Of a DNA stretch of 64,000 nucleotides, positions 36,987-47,159 are shown one piece after another (position 1 is the first letter of the stretch; every line of letters starts with the position of its first letter). The DNA comes from Vicinamibacteria bacterium (GTDB taxonomy: Bacteria > Acidobacteriota > Vicinamibacteria > Marinacidobacterales > Marinacidobacteraceae): the NCBI GenBank assembly GCA_964291235.2, contig OZ219816.1, positions 1,504,001 to 1,568,000 on the forward strand, in the 5' to 3' direction. The translations under genes were made by a program, and so were the position numbers. The notes under the pieces were generated by a model. The model was not told where the DNA came from, did not search any database, and worked only from the letters and a program-made list of their open reading frames with translations.

Positions 36987-38005
36987 GAGACGCCTCCCGG
37001 ACTCGCCGGGCGCCGGCGCGCCGGAGCGACGAGGGCGGCCCCCGCGATGGCAAAGACCGCCAGCCCGGCCGGGATCCAGAACCGCTCGCGGTAGCGCCGG
37101 GATATCTGCGCCCCGAGTTCGCCGCCCTCGATCCCGGCGATCCGCGCCGTCAGTCCTTCGATCTCCCGGTCGTCGGGAGACACCTCGAAGAAGACGCCAC
37201 CGGTGAGCGCCGCCAATTCGGAAAGCGTCGCCCGGTCCAGCCGGCTCACGATCGGGGAACCGGCGCCGTCCCGCATCAGGGTCGGGCCGGCCTCGGAGTC
37301 CGCCGGGATGGTGCCCCCACCCGGCGTCCCCACGCCCACCGGCAAAACGACGATGCCGTGCTCGTTTGCCATTCGCGCCAGTTCGGCGATTCCGGTGACC
37401 CGCAGGTCGTCCTGCTGTCCGTCGGTGAGCAGCACCACCACCCGGTGGCGACTCTCCTGCCGTTCGAAGGCGCGCGCCGCCTCCTCGATCATCGCCGCGA
37501 GGTTCGTACCGGGGCTTTCCACGGCCCCGGTAGCGATTCCGGAAAGCAGGGTCCGAACGGCGCCGAGGTCATGGGTGAGTGGGCACTGGGTGAATGCCGT
37601 CCCCGAAAACGCCACGATTCCCACCCGGTTCCCGACCATCCGTTCGAGCAACTCTCCGGCGATATAGCGGGCGCGCTCCATCCGCGAGGGCGCCACGTCC
37701 CGGGCGTCCATGCTGAAGGAGGTGTCCATCGCCAACACGATGTCCACCCCGACGAGGGTCACTTCCTGCTCCTGTCTTCCCCACTGCGGACGCGCGGCCG
37801 CGACGGCGAGCAGGAGGATGGCCCCTAGCAGCAACCAGTCGCGGAAACGGCGCCGCGTCCGGTTTTCGCCTTCGACCAGCGCCGGCGTGCGGGTCCCGAA
37901 TCGGCCGAGTGCCGCCCGCGCCCGGCGCGCCGACCAGAAGACGAGCCCTACCCCCAGGGGAAAGAGCGCCAGCAGGAGGAGCGCCGACGGCGTACCGAAA
38001 CGCAT
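36983..38005 (-). CDS. batB: BatB vWA domain protein
   Basis: ARPQWG, DTSFSM.A.DVAPSR, CPLT.D, LLTDG, VGVGT..G..IP. Confidence 0.88.
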   Translation of the reverse strand: MRFGTPSALLLLALFPLGVGLVFWSARRARAALGRFGTRTPALVEGENRTRRRFRDWLLLGAILLLAVAAARPQWGRQEQEVTLVGVDIVLAMDTSFSMDARDVAPSRMERARYIAGELLERMVGNRVGIVAFSGTAFTQCPLTHDLGAVRTLLSGIATGAVESPGTNLAAMIEEAARAFERQESRHRVVVLLTDGQQDDLRVTGIAELARMANEHGIVVLPVGVGTPGGGTIPADSEAGPTLMRDGAGSPIVSRLDRATLSELAALTGGVFFEVSPDDREIEGLTARIAGIEGGELGAQISRRYRERFWIPAGLAVFAIAGAALVAPARRRPASPGGVS

Positions 38006-38056
38006 CTCAGCCCCGCTCTCCGCGCGCTCCGCGAAACCGCGCGCTGCCGGTGCGAT

Positions 38057-39034
38057 TCATGGCGCCCTCCGCAGCACGGTGGCGCCGAGCGCGATCCCGG
38101 AAAAGAGGACCATCGCCGCCCACCCGGCCAGCGCGGGGCCGTCGTCCGACCAACTGGTCCAGGTGGGCGCCTGGATTTCGGTCGTCTCGAGGGCGTCGAT
38201 CTCGTCATAGACCGCCCGCAGCCCCTCGCTGTCCCGGGCCCGAAAGTAGCGGCCGCCGGTCGCGTCCGCGACCTGGGTGAGCATCTCCTCGTCAATTCCC
38301 GGCGCCGTCCGGACGTCGAGCGAGCCGTCGGGCCGCCGCATGACCATCCGTCCTCCCTGCTGGCTCCCCGCGCCCACGGTGTACACCCGGATTCCCCGCG
38401 TCCTGGCCAATCCGGCGGCCGTCAGCGGATGGATCTCTCCGGCGTTCGAAACCCCGTCGGTGAGCAGCACGATCACGCGGCTTTCCGCCTCGGAGCCGGC
38501 CAGCCGGTTCACCGAGGCGGCGATGGCGTTGCCGATCGCCGTTCCGTCGGGAATGTCGCCGATATCCACCTCCCGCAGGCGATCCGTGAGGACGCCGTGA
38601 TCGAGGGTGAGCGGGCTGAGGGTCACCGCATTCCGGGCGAACGCCACCGCCCCCAGCCGGTCGTCCGTCCGGCGATCGATGAAATCCTCGAGCACTTCCT
38701 TGGCCGCGGTGAGACGGTCGGCCGGAGCAAAGTCCTCGGCCCGCATACTCGAAGAAATGTCGAGGGCGAGCACGATGTCCACACCCAGGCTGGTCCCGGT
38801 TTCCTCGGTGATCCCCGTCTGCGGACGCGCGAGCGCGACCGCGGCGAGGACCAGCGCGGTGAGCACGAGAGCCCCGGGAAGGAACGCGAGCCGCGAACGG
38901 AACGATCGCGGCAAGTCCCGCAGTCCGGCCGCGTCCGGGAAGCGGACCGCCGGCGCCACCAGTCGCCGCGCCCGCACCACGAGGATGGGCGCCAGCGCGA
39001 GCAGCAGCAGGGCCGCCGGCCAGAGGAAACGCAT
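38057..39034 (-). CDS. batA: BatA vWA domain protein
   Basis: ALARPQ, DISSSM.AEDF, GTAIG, LLTDG.SN.G.I.P, TGGRYFRA. Confidence 0.9.
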   Translation of the reverse strand: MRFLWPAALLLLALAPILVVRARRLVAPAVRFPDAAGLRDLPRSFRSRLAFLPGALVLTALVLAAVALARPQTGITEETGTSLGVDIVLALDISSSMRAEDFAPADRLTAAKEVLEDFIDRRTDDRLGAVAFARNAVTLSPLTLDHGVLTDRLREVDIGDIPDGTAIGNAIAASVNRLAGSEAESRVIVLLTDGVSNAGEIHPLTAAGLARTRGIRVYTVGAGSQQGGRMVMRRPDGSLDVRTAPGIDEEMLTQVADATGGRYFRARDSEGLRAVYDEIDALETTEIQAPTWTSWSDDGPALAGWAAMVLFSGIALGATVLRRAP

Positions 39035-40059
39035 CAGCGGGCCTCCACCCGGTCGCCGGGTTCCGGGCCGCCGCCCGCGGGCAGTGCGGGAGTTCCGGCA
39101 CCGACGTCCCCCGTCCTGGCTTCGGAAGTCAGGGCCGGCCGGGTCCGGTCGAGGAAGATCCCTGCCTGCCGGAACCGCGACCGGGCCGCATCCGGGCGGA
39201 AGGCAAGCTCGCTGAATTTGGCGAGATCGGCCTCCCCCAGAATGGCCGCCAGCAGCGACAGGGCCTCCCGGTGGTCCGGTGCGGCGCCGCGTCGCAGGTC
39301 CCGCAGGATCTCTCCGGTGGTCCGTTCGCTCCACGGCGTCTCGAACCGCCGCCCCGCGTAGCGCTTCATGATCTCGGCAAGCCGCTCGTAGTAACCGACC
39401 ACGTCCCCCGCTTCGAGGAGTCCCGCCCGGCCCAGCCGGGCAAGGGCCGCCTCGGCTTCCGCTGCCGGGGGCGGAAGCGGAACCACCGGCGCCTCCCCCG
39501 GCCTCCGGCGCCTCCAGAACCAGGCGGCGGCCAGCAGGATCGCGAGTCCCAGCGCGAGGAGGCCGATCGCTCCCCAGCGCGGGGGCAATTTCAACTCGAA
39601 GGGCCCCCGGATGTCATGGATGTCGCCCCCCGCCTCCTCCGCGCCAGGAGGCAGCGACGACACGACGCGCACCGGCGCGGGCGGCGTTTCGATCAGCGAA
39701 AGCCCGCCGTCCGCCGTCCGGAACCCGACCCGAACGCCCGGGATTTCATGGTCTCCCGGGAGCACGAACGCGCCCAGCCGGACCCGGAACCGGCTTTCTC
39801 CCGGGCGGTCCTCATCTGCCTCCAGCGGAACCACGCCCAGGGTCCGGAAGTCGCCGAGGGCTTCGTCCACGACCGGGGCAGCCTCCGCCCCGGCGGGGTG
39901 CTCGACGACGATCTCCAGTTCGAAGAGCGCGCCCACCTCCACCGGCTCCGAGACCACCTCGGCGCGGGCGGCGGCGGTCGGCGGCTGACCAGCCGCTCCG
40001 CCGGCGGCAGCGGCCGCGACTGCGAAGAGCGGCAGAATCGCCCGGGCCACCGGTGTCAT
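39034..40059 (-). CDS. Bat operon membrane-anchored hypothetical protein (BatD-like Ig domain and TM)
   Basis: DIHDIRGP, TM helix, ERTT.EI, ADLAKF; position between DUF58 and batA. Confidence 0.75.
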   Translation of the reverse strand: MTPVARAILPLFAVAAAAAGGAAGQPPTAAARAEVVSEPVEVGALFELEIVVEHPAGAEAAPVVDEALGDFRTLGVVPLEADEDRPGESRFRVRLGAFVLPGDHEIPGVRVGFRTADGGLSLIETPPAPVRVVSSLPPGAEEAGGDIHDIRGPFELKLPPRWGAIGLLALGLAILLAAAWFWRRRRPGEAPVVPLPPPAAEAEAALARLGRAGLLEAGDVVGYYERLAEIMKRYAGRRFETPWSERTTGEILRDLRRGAAPDHREALSLLAAILGEADLAKFSELAFRPDAARSRFRQAGIFLDRTRPALTSEARTGDVGAGTPALPAGGGPEPGDRVEAR

Positions 40060-41063
40060 CGCCGCCGCTTCTCGCGCATGCGGAAGAACTTTCGCAAGGG
40101 ATCGTCGTAGGGTTCCCCCGCCGTCACCTCCACCATGTCCACCCCCGTCTCACGGAGAGCGCGGGACGCCGCCGCGTGGGTCCGGAAGGCGCGCTGGCGA
40201 AAGGCGTCGCGGACCCGGCGGTCCGAGGTGTCAAGCCGGACAGGAGTTCCGGACTCCGCATCCTCGAGTTCGACGAGCCCGATGTCCGGAATCTCGTGCT
40301 CTCTCGGGTCCGTGACCCGCACGGCGATGAGATCATGCCGGCGCGCGGCCACCCGGAGCGGGCGCAGCCACCGCTCGGGAGGATCTCCGACGAAATCGCT
40401 CAGCAGGAAGACCGTCGCGCGACGGCGCACCGCGCGGTTCAACAGGTCGAGAGCTCCCGCGATGTCGGTGCCGGCCCCCTCGGGTTCGAAGTAGAGCAGG
40501 TCGCGGAGTACCCGGAGGCCGTGCCGCCGGCCCTTCCGCGCCGGAAGCCGGGTCTCGGCGCGGTCGGTGAAGAGCAGCGCTCCCACCCGGTCGCCGGAGC
40601 GAATCGCCGAAAAGGCGAGGGCCGCGGCTGCCTCGGCCGCCGTTGACCGCTTGAAGTCGCGGCGGCTGCCGAACGCGAACGAGCGCGAAACATCCAACAG
40701 GAACAACACGGTCTGCTCACGCTCTTCAACGAACTTCTTGACGTGAAGGTCGCCGGTGCGCGAGGTGACGTTCCAGTCCACGGAGCGGATGTCGTCACCC
40801 GGGGCGTACTCGCGGACCTCGGAGAACTCCATCCCCTGTCCCTTGAAAGTGCTCAGATACGCCCCCGCCAACGCCTCGGTGACGAGTTTGCGGGTCCGGA
40901 TCTCGATGTGGCGCACCCGGGCGAGCAGCTCCGCGGTGGAGACTCCCGACGACGGGGCCTCCGGCGCCGCGCCGGCCCCCCCGCCCGGCGACAACAACGA
41001 AGCGAACAGGCCCGTCCGGGATCTGCCGCGCCGATCGGCGACGGACGCTCGGTTCCGGACCAC
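40056..41063 (-). CDS. DUF58 domain protein
   Basis: GMEFSEVREY.PGDDIR..DWNVT, KKFVEERE, FLLSDF. Confidence 0.92.
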   Translation of the reverse strand: MVRNRASVADRRGRSRTGLFASLLSPGGGAGAAPEAPSSGVSTAELLARVRHIEIRTRKLVTEALAGAYLSTFKGQGMEFSEVREYAPGDDIRSVDWNVTSRTGDLHVKKFVEEREQTVLFLLDVSRSFAFGSRRDFKRSTAAEAAAALAFSAIRSGDRVGALLFTDRAETRLPARKGRRHGLRVLRDLLYFEPEGAGTDIAGALDLLNRAVRRRATVFLLSDFVGDPPERWLRPLRVAARRHDLIAVRVTDPREHEIPDIGLVELEDAESGTPVRLDTSDRRVRDAFRQRAFRTHAAASRALRETGVDMVEVTAGEPYDDPLRKFFRMREKRRR

Positions 41064-41086
41064 GACGACCTCAGGCGGACCGGGGG

Positions 41087-42079
41087 TCAGGGAACCTCCA
41101 CGGCGTCGAGCACCCGCCGCACGATCTCGTCGCCGTCCACTTCTTCCGCCTCCGCCTCGTAGGAGAGGATGAGCCGGTGGCGCATCACGTCGGGCGCCAG
41201 GTGTTTCACGTCTTCGGGAGCGGTGAAGTCGCGGTCCTCCAGGAAGGCCCGGGCGCGCGCCGCCCGGTAGAGATCGAGACTCGCGCGCGGCGAGGCGCCG
41301 TGTTCCACGAGTCCGGCTATGTCCACCCCGAAGGCGGCGGGATCGCGGGTCGCCCGGACCAGCGCGAGGATGTAGTCGCGGATTCGATCGTCCACGTACA
41401 CCGCCTCGACCGCGCCCCGGGCGACGGCGATCTCCTGGGGGCCGATGATCGGCTCGACGCGAGGAACGTCGAAGTTGGCCATCCGCTTCAGGATGGCCCG
41501 CTCGTCCTCAAGCTCGGGGAATCCCATCCGCAGCTTCATCATGAAGCGGTCCACCTGCGCCTCGGGAAGCGGATAGGTTCCCTCCTGCTCGATGGGGTTT
41601 TGGGTGGCGAGCACCACGAACGGCTCCTCGAGCTTCCAGGTCTCGTCGCCAATGGTGACCTGGCGTTCCTGCATCGCTTCGAGCAGGGCGCTCTGCACCT
41701 TGGCGGGGGCCCGGTTGATCTCGTCGGCGAGCAGAAAGTTCGTGAACACCGGCCCCTTCCGGGGCACGAAACTCCGGTCCCGCTGGTCGTAGATGAGCGT
41801 CCCGACAAGGTCCGCGGGCAGGAGGTCGGGAGTGAACTGAACCCGGGAAAACTCGGCCCGAACGCTCTCCGCGACGCTCTTGGCGAGCAGAGTCTTCGCG
41901 ATTCCCGGGACGCCCTCGATGAGGAGATGCCCCCGGGTCAGGAGCCCGATCAGGACGCGCTCCACCACCTCCCGCTGTCCGACCACCACGCGGCCGAGTT
42001 CCGCGGTCAGCCGGTCGGCGAACGAGGAACGGACGTCACGGACCTCTGCGGACGGCTGGCTCGTTAGGGCATCTGGCAT
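41087..42079 (-). CDS. moxR: MoxR family AAA+ ATPase
   Basis: EGVPGIAKT, QFTPDLLPAD, DEINRAPAKVQSALLEAM, ATQNPIEQEGTYPLPEAQ. Confidence 0.96.
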   Translation of the reverse strand: MPDALTSQPSAEVRDVRSSFADRLTAELGRVVVGQREVVERVLIGLLTRGHLLIEGVPGIAKTLLAKSVAESVRAEFSRVQFTPDLLPADLVGTLIYDQRDRSFVPRKGPVFTNFLLADEINRAPAKVQSALLEAMQERQVTIGDETWKLEEPFVVLATQNPIEQEGTYPLPEAQVDRFMMKLRMGFPELEDERAILKRMANFDVPRVEPIIGPQEIAVARGAVEAVYVDDRIRDYILALVRATRDPAAFGVDIAGLVEHGASPRASLDLYRAARARAFLEDRDFTAPEDVKHLAPDVMRHRLILSYEAEAEEVDGDEIVRRVLDAVEVP

Positions 42080-42366
42080 ACGGACGGAAAACTCCCGGAA
42101 CTCGTTGATCGTTCCCCGGAATTCTAGGCCGGTACCAGAACGATCGCCCAGAGCCCGGGTTCCGCGGAGCGCACCACCCCCAACGGCCGGTCCTCTCGTC
42201 GGGCGCCTCCCCGCTCTCGGCGCTCACCGGGATTCAGCACCGGGCGCTACCCCGCGCGGACGGCGCGCCGTTTCGCCCCCCCTCCGCGTTACGTTCGCAC
42301 CCCTGTTCCGCGACGGCTAAAATCACCGCTTCCGGGTGTGATTCGCGCCCGAAGACGGAGGAATTC

Positions 42367-43995
42367 ATGTCCAAAAAACTCCGCGTCTCCGGACGCCTCA
42401 TTCTGGCCGTCGCCGCCCTCGCCCTGATCGCGGCGCCCGCATTTGCCGAGGAGGAGTCCGACCTCGGCACCGTGCACTTCCCGAACTCCGGTTCGGAAGC
42501 CGCGCAGGCCGCCTTCCAGCGGGGTGTCGCCGCGCTGCACAGCTTCTGGTACGAGGAAGCTGGGGAAGCGTTCAAGAACGCGCAGGAGATCGATCCTGAC
42601 TTTGCCCTCGCCTACTGGGGCGAGGCGATCAGCCACAACCACCCGCTGTGGTCCGAGCAGGACATCAGCGCCGCCCGCGACGTGCTGAAGCGCTTCGGCG
42701 CGACCCGCGCCGAGCGCCGGGCCAAGACCCCGACCGAGCGCGAGCGGCTCTACCTCGACACCGTGGAAGTCCTCTACGGCCCCGGTGACAAGTACGAGCG
42801 GGACGAGCTCTACCACCAGGCGATGCGTCGCCTCGCGGAAGCCCATCCGGAAGACAACGAAGCCAAGGCGTTTTACGCCCTGTCCTACCTCGGCCTCGTC
42901 CGCCGCGGCGAGCCGGGCTTCCACCGCCAGATGAAGGCCGGAGCCATCGTTAGCGACCTCTTCCAGCGCGAGCCCAACCATCCGGGCGCCGCCCACTACG
43001 TGATCCACTCCTTCGACGATCCGGAGCACGCTCCGCTCGCCCTCGAGGCCGCGAACCGCTACGCCGAGATCGCCCCCGAGGCGCACCACGCGCAGCACAT
43101 GCCCTCCCACATCTTCGTGCAGCACGGCATGTGGAACCGGGTTTCCAAGTCGAACGAGGTGGCCTACAACGCCTCCGCCAAGTGGGTCGAGGCGAAGAAC
43201 CTCTCGATCACCAAGCGCGACTACCACAGCCTCGAGTGGAAGGCTTACTCGGACCTCCAGCGCGGCGCGTACGGCGCAGTCCTGAACGGGATCGCCATCG
43301 TGGATGACGCCGTCGCCGAGACCGACGACAATCGGCTGCGGCGAATCTCCGCCTCCATGGTGGCCCGCCACGCGATCGAGACCGGCCGCTACGACGCCAT
43401 CTCCCTCCCGAAGGGAGACGTGGACACGAGTCGCTACAACTCGACCGCCAACCTGCTGCTCGCAGCGGGCATGAAGGCGTTCGCCGGGCAGGACGCCGCT
43501 GGCGCCAACGAAGCGGCCAAGCAGCTTCGGGCGCTCGCCGACAAGCGCGCCGAGGCGGGTGAGACCTATCAGGCCGACTCCGTCCGCATCATGCAGCACG
43601 AGGTCGAGGCGCTCGCCGCTCAGCTTGAAGGTGACACCGAAGGCGCTCTGAAGCACGCTGCGATGGCGACCGACATCGAGGAGACCCAGGATCCGCCGTC
43701 CGGCCCGACCTATCCGATGAAGCCGTCCCACGAGCTGCGCGGCGAACTGCTACTTGCCGCCGGCAAGGCGGAAAAAGCGCGCGCCCAGTTCGAAATGAGC
43801 CTGACCCGGACTCCGAACCGGACGGCCTCGCTGCTCGGCTTGGCCCGCGCCGCTACCGCCCTCGGTGACGAGGACGCGGCGAACCGCGCCTACGCGACCC
43901 TCCAGACCTTCCTGACCGAAGCCGACAGCGACGTCGCCTTCCTCGACGAGGTTCGGAGCCACGCGATGGCGACCACGGATATGCAGCAGCAGTAA
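42367..43995 (+). CDS. Exported TPR-like protein with His-rich motifs
   Basis: Signal peptide; LGTVHFP.S, LHSFWY, HPGAAHY.IH, HAQHMPSHIF. Confidence 0.8.
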   Translation: MSKKLRVSGRLILAVAALALIAAPAFAEEESDLGTVHFPNSGSEAAQAAFQRGVAALHSFWYEEAGEAFKNAQEIDPDFALAYWGEAISHNHPLWSEQDISAARDVLKRFGATRAERRAKTPTERERLYLDTVEVLYGPGDKYERDELYHQAMRRLAEAHPEDNEAKAFYALSYLGLVRRGEPGFHRQMKAGAIVSDLFQREPNHPGAAHYVIHSFDDPEHAPLALEAANRYAEIAPEAHHAQHMPSHIFVQHGMWNRVSKSNEVAYNASAKWVEAKNLSITKRDYHSLEWKAYSDLQRGAYGAVLNGIAIVDDAVAETDDNRLRRISASMVARHAIETGRYDAISLPKGDVDTSRYNSTANLLLAAGMKAFAGQDAAGANEAAKQLRALADKRAEAGETYQADSVRIMQHEVEALAAQLEGDTEGALKHAAMATDIEETQDPPSGPTYPMKPSHELRGELLLAAGKAEKARAQFEMSLTRTPNRTASLLGLARAATALGDEDAANRAYATLQTFLTEADSDVAFLDEVRSHAMATTDMQQQ

Positions 43996-44014
43996 CTCCC
44001 GGCAACTTCACCCC

Positions 44015-44044
44015 ACGGGGGCGGCGCATCCGCGCCGCCCCCGT
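44015..44044 (+). terminator. Perfect 13-bp GC-rich hairpin downstream of the TPR gene
   Basis: ACGGGGGCGGCGC-ATCC-GCGCCGCCCCCGT; weak U tract. Confidence 0.55.
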
Positions 44045-44304
44045 TCCGTGTACGGCCTCCCGGCGCGCCATTGGCGCCCGAAGGAAGCTCGATCAGATCA
44101 GCCGCCACCGCCCCTCCCACTGTTTGACGGGGGTCCGAGACGGCCCGCCCCGATCAGCTATCCACTCGTCTGGCCACGAAACCGGACAAGGAGGTTCGTA
44201 TCCAGCGCGATCAAGATTCGGAGGCTCCCTCAGCGATGCCGACAAGGAACCGGATCAAGTGCGGAGTGCGACCCCCACTTTGGCGTAGCGAAACGTCTTC
44301 CATG

Positions 44305-44370
44305 CTGGTTTCGCGCTCCCGCGCGGCCCTCGCCGGGAGAACTCGGCCGGCCAGAGGCCGGCGGTCCCTT
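44305..44370. repeat. REP-like copy
   Basis: CCGGGAGAACTCGGCCGGCCAGAGGCCGGCGGTCCCT; 16-mer CTGGTTTCGCGCTCCC also at 29728-29743. Confidence 0.6.
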
Positions 44371-44381
44371 GCTTCCGGCCC

Positions 44382-45494
44382 TTACGGATCCTCGTCGAGG
44401 CCGGCGGCCGGTGTGCGGACCAGGTCCACAATCGCTCCGGGATGCGAGACGCGGATCGCCGCGCCTTCCGCCAGGAGTACCGGCTCCCGGAAGGCGAACT
44501 TCTCGGACCAATCGGAATCGAAGCGGCGGATCCGCAGCAGCGGAGTCACCGCCCCGTCGCTTCCCACGGCCTCCACCGCGAATCCGTCCGGGCCCGGGTC
44601 GAGTCCTTCGGGGGGCAGCACGGACAGCAGCATGGCCGGGCCCACCGGGGTCACTCCCGGCTCGACGGCAAGCATCTCGACGGTGCGGTCGCGATCCGGC
44701 AGCGGCGGAAAGACGACGACTTCGGGCTCGTCGTCGAACGCCAGCCCCTCGGTGTCGAAGTCCTTGCGGTAGGTCAGTTGGAGGAAGAGCCCGGTGTTCG
44801 CCGGGAGGGGGTCGAAGACTCCCTCCGGCCGCATCCGGGGCCCCTGCCCCACCACCCAGGTGAAGATCGGGGCGCCGCTCGCGCAGTCGGCGCCGGCGAA
44901 GAGAACCGCCCGCCGCAGGATCGAGACAGCCTCGCCTGGTATCAGGGCAAACCCGGCCGCCGCCGCGCCCACTCCTTCACCCCGAACGAGCGGCTGGCAG
45001 ACCGCTGCCTCGGACTCCATCTCGCCGATCGTGATCGGTTCCGAAACCGACAGCCGGGACGCTGGCAACTCGGCATCCGCGGCCGGCATGCCCGGATCCT
45101 CCGCCGGCGCCGGGCCTTCGGGCGCGAGGCCGATGGCCCAGTCCACCAGCAGGTTCGTTTCCCGCTCGTCGAGCGTCCGGGAGTGCGCCAGATCGCCGGT
45201 GCCGTCGTCCGGCAGCCAGGGAGGCATGCGCCGCTCCAGAACCTGGCGGGCGATGGAGTTCGCCCAGGGAAGCGCCTCCAGATAGCGCATCAGGTTGACC
45301 GGCGCGGGACCGGTTCCCGAGTGGCAGGCGGCGCAGTGCTCCGCGATCAGCGGCCGGATGTCGCCCCAATAGGTGTAACGGGAAAGTTCCGGCTCGTGGG
45401 CGTTCGCCTGATCGAACCACCCGGGAGTGGCAACGAGCGTGGCAGCGAGCACCGCGACCAGCCCCGTGAGGATGGCGGCGTGGCGTTTCGTCAT
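44382..45494 (-). CDS. Exported monoheme cytochrome c domain protein with degenerate monooxygenase-like C-terminus
   Basis: CAACH, RRMPPW, LVDW..G.APEG, FD.DW...F motifs; signal peptide. Confidence 0.7.
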   Translation of the reverse strand: MTKRHAAILTGLVAVLAATLVATPGWFDQANAHEPELSRYTYWGDIRPLIAEHCAACHSGTGPAPVNLMRYLEALPWANSIARQVLERRMPPWLPDDGTGDLAHSRTLDERETNLLVDWAIGLAPEGPAPAEDPGMPAADAELPASRLSVSEPITIGEMESEAAVCQPLVRGEGVGAAAAGFALIPGEAVSILRRAVLFAGADCASGAPIFTWVVGQGPRMRPEGVFDPLPANTGLFLQLTYRKDFDTEGLAFDDEPEVVVFPPLPDRDRTVEMLAVEPGVTPVGPAMLLSVLPPEGLDPGPDGFAVEAVGSDGAVTPLLRIRRFDSDWSEKFAFREPVLLAEGAAIRVSHPGAIVDLVRTPAAGLDEDP

Positions 45495-45508
45495 CACCTG
45501 CTTCTCCC

Positions 45509-46609
45509 TCACTCCGGCGCCGTTGCCGGAAGACCCCGCATCCCCTCGGCAAAGATCTCGTAAGCCTCCCCGACCCGAATCCGGTCGCCCTGATCTCCGT
45601 AGAGGTCGAGCAGCCACGCCCCTCGCACGATCCGCTTGAGCGCCACCCAGGGACGGTCCACCGCCCGCTCACCGTAAGCCAGCGCCAGCTCTTTCGCCTC
45701 CAGCGCCGGAATGAAGAGATCCGCCCACCGGCCCTGGTCGATCAGCCGCTGGACGCGTCGATCACGAGCCCGGATGGCTTCCAGAATCTCCTGCGGCGTG
45801 TCCGGCACGCGCAGTTCGGGCAATTCTGTCGGAGACGCCTCCGCGGCGAGCGCGGCCCGCTCCTCATCGGACAGGAAGATGAAATCGAAGCGATCCTCCT
45901 CGTCGCGCTCGGGGAACCGCACGAAGGCGGTGAAAGCCGCCCGCTCTCCAGCCCTGGCCGCCACAACCGTTCCGAGCGCGTCGCCGGCGGTCGAGAGCGC
46001 CACTGGATCACCGACCGGCGCCCCGCGGTCGTCCGCTGGAACCACCCGCGCCGCAAACGGCTCCGGTTCGATCGGGCGGGTGAAGGAGTCGTAGAAGTAG
46101 AGCCGGAAGGCCCCGCCCTCCAGGGCTCCCTCCAGGTGGTGCACCCCGTTCGGCGCCATGAACAAGACGCCTCCGTGACGCGGATTGTGGTCGCCGTGGG
46201 CGGATACCCGGGTCGTTCGTTGCCGGGGGGCGTCGTCCTCGCAGACCCCGGGCTCGACGAAGACGCGGTCGGGCGCCGCAGGGCAGAACCAGACCACCTC
46301 CCGCGTCGCGGGAACGAGGGGTTCCCCGGTGTCGGGGCAGATTCCGGGCTGCTCCTCCACCACGCCGTCCTCTTCCGCGAGGCACACGTAGCGGGTCACC
46401 AGGGTTCGCCGGACCAGCGCCATCCCGCAGAGCGGACAGCGGCCCTCCTCATGCGCCTGGTGATCCCGATGCATGGGGCAGAGCCAGACGCGGTACGCGT
46501 CTTCGGGGGTGGTGGCGTCCTGGGCGGCCCGCGGGGGGAAAGCAGACGCCGGAGCGGAGAGTGGGAGGGACAGAGCCAAGGCGGCCAGCAGGCCGTTCCG
46601 GATGCTCAT
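45509..46609 (-). CDS. Exported heavy-metal-binding domain protein
   Basis: CPMH...G.CPLCGM.L plus two degenerate copies; HGDHNPRHGG and HHLEG. Confidence 0.75.
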   Translation of the reverse strand: MSIRNGLLAALALSLPLSAPASAFPPRAAQDATTPEDAYRVWLCPMHRDHQAHEEGRCPLCGMALVRRTLVTRYVCLAEEDGVVEEQPGICPDTGEPLVPATREVVWFCPAAPDRVFVEPGVCEDDAPRQRTTRVSAHGDHNPRHGGVLFMAPNGVHHLEGALEGGAFRLYFYDSFTRPIEPEPFAARVVPADDRGAPVGDPVALSTAGDALGTVVAARAGERAAFTAFVRFPERDEEDRFDFIFLSDEERAALAAEASPTELPELRVPDTPQEILEAIRARDRRVQRLIDQGRWADLFIPALEAKELALAYGERAVDRPWVALKRIVRGAWLLDLYGDQGDRIRVGEAYEIFAEGMRGLPATAPE

Positions 46610-46664
46610 GGCCGGAAAATTAGCAGGACCGGGTGGGGACCACCCGCATTCCCAGCAGCGCTTC

Positions 46665-47159
46665 CTACCCGGTGGATTCGTCCCGGCGGGTGAGGTTCAC
46701 GACAATGCCATCGGTAGCGCGCACCAGGTCGGCCGGGGTGATGAGGATCTCCTCGCCCCAGACGCCGGCGCCCACCCCGAGGACCGGCTCTTCCATCAAG
46801 GCCGTGTCGAGGAAAGTCCGCGCGCCGTCCCGCTGCCAGGAAAACGGCGGAATCGAGCCGATCCGGTAGCCAGTGAACTCGATGACCGCCTCCGGGCTCG
46901 CCAGCCGGATGTTGCGGTTGCCCATGGCCTTCTTCAGCTTGCCGGAAATGACGTTCTTGTCGCCGCCCACCGCGATGAGCGCCCGCTCCCCCGTCCCCGA
47001 TTCGAAAATCAGGGTCTTCACCATCTGGCTCTCGCGATAGCCGAGGGCATGAGCCACCGAGGCCGCCCCTTTCGGTGTGGAAGCCGGGAAGGTCTGGCGC
47101 TCCCACGGTATGCCGCGTTCCTCGAGGTGCTCGTGGGAGGGCAGGACTCGATCGCTCAT
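46665..47159 (-). CDS. ybaK: YbaK/EbsC family aminoacyl-tRNA deacylase
   Basis: VKTL, TGY.IGSIPPF, VGAG motifs. Confidence 0.85.
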   Translation of the reverse strand: MSDRVLPSHEHLEERGIPWERQTFPASTPKGAASVAHALGYRESQMVKTLIFESGTGERALIAVGGDKNVISGKLKKAMGNRNIRLASPEAVIEFTGYRIGSIPPFSWQRDGARTFLDTALMEEPVLGVGAGVWGEEILITPADLVRATDGIVVNLTRRDESTG

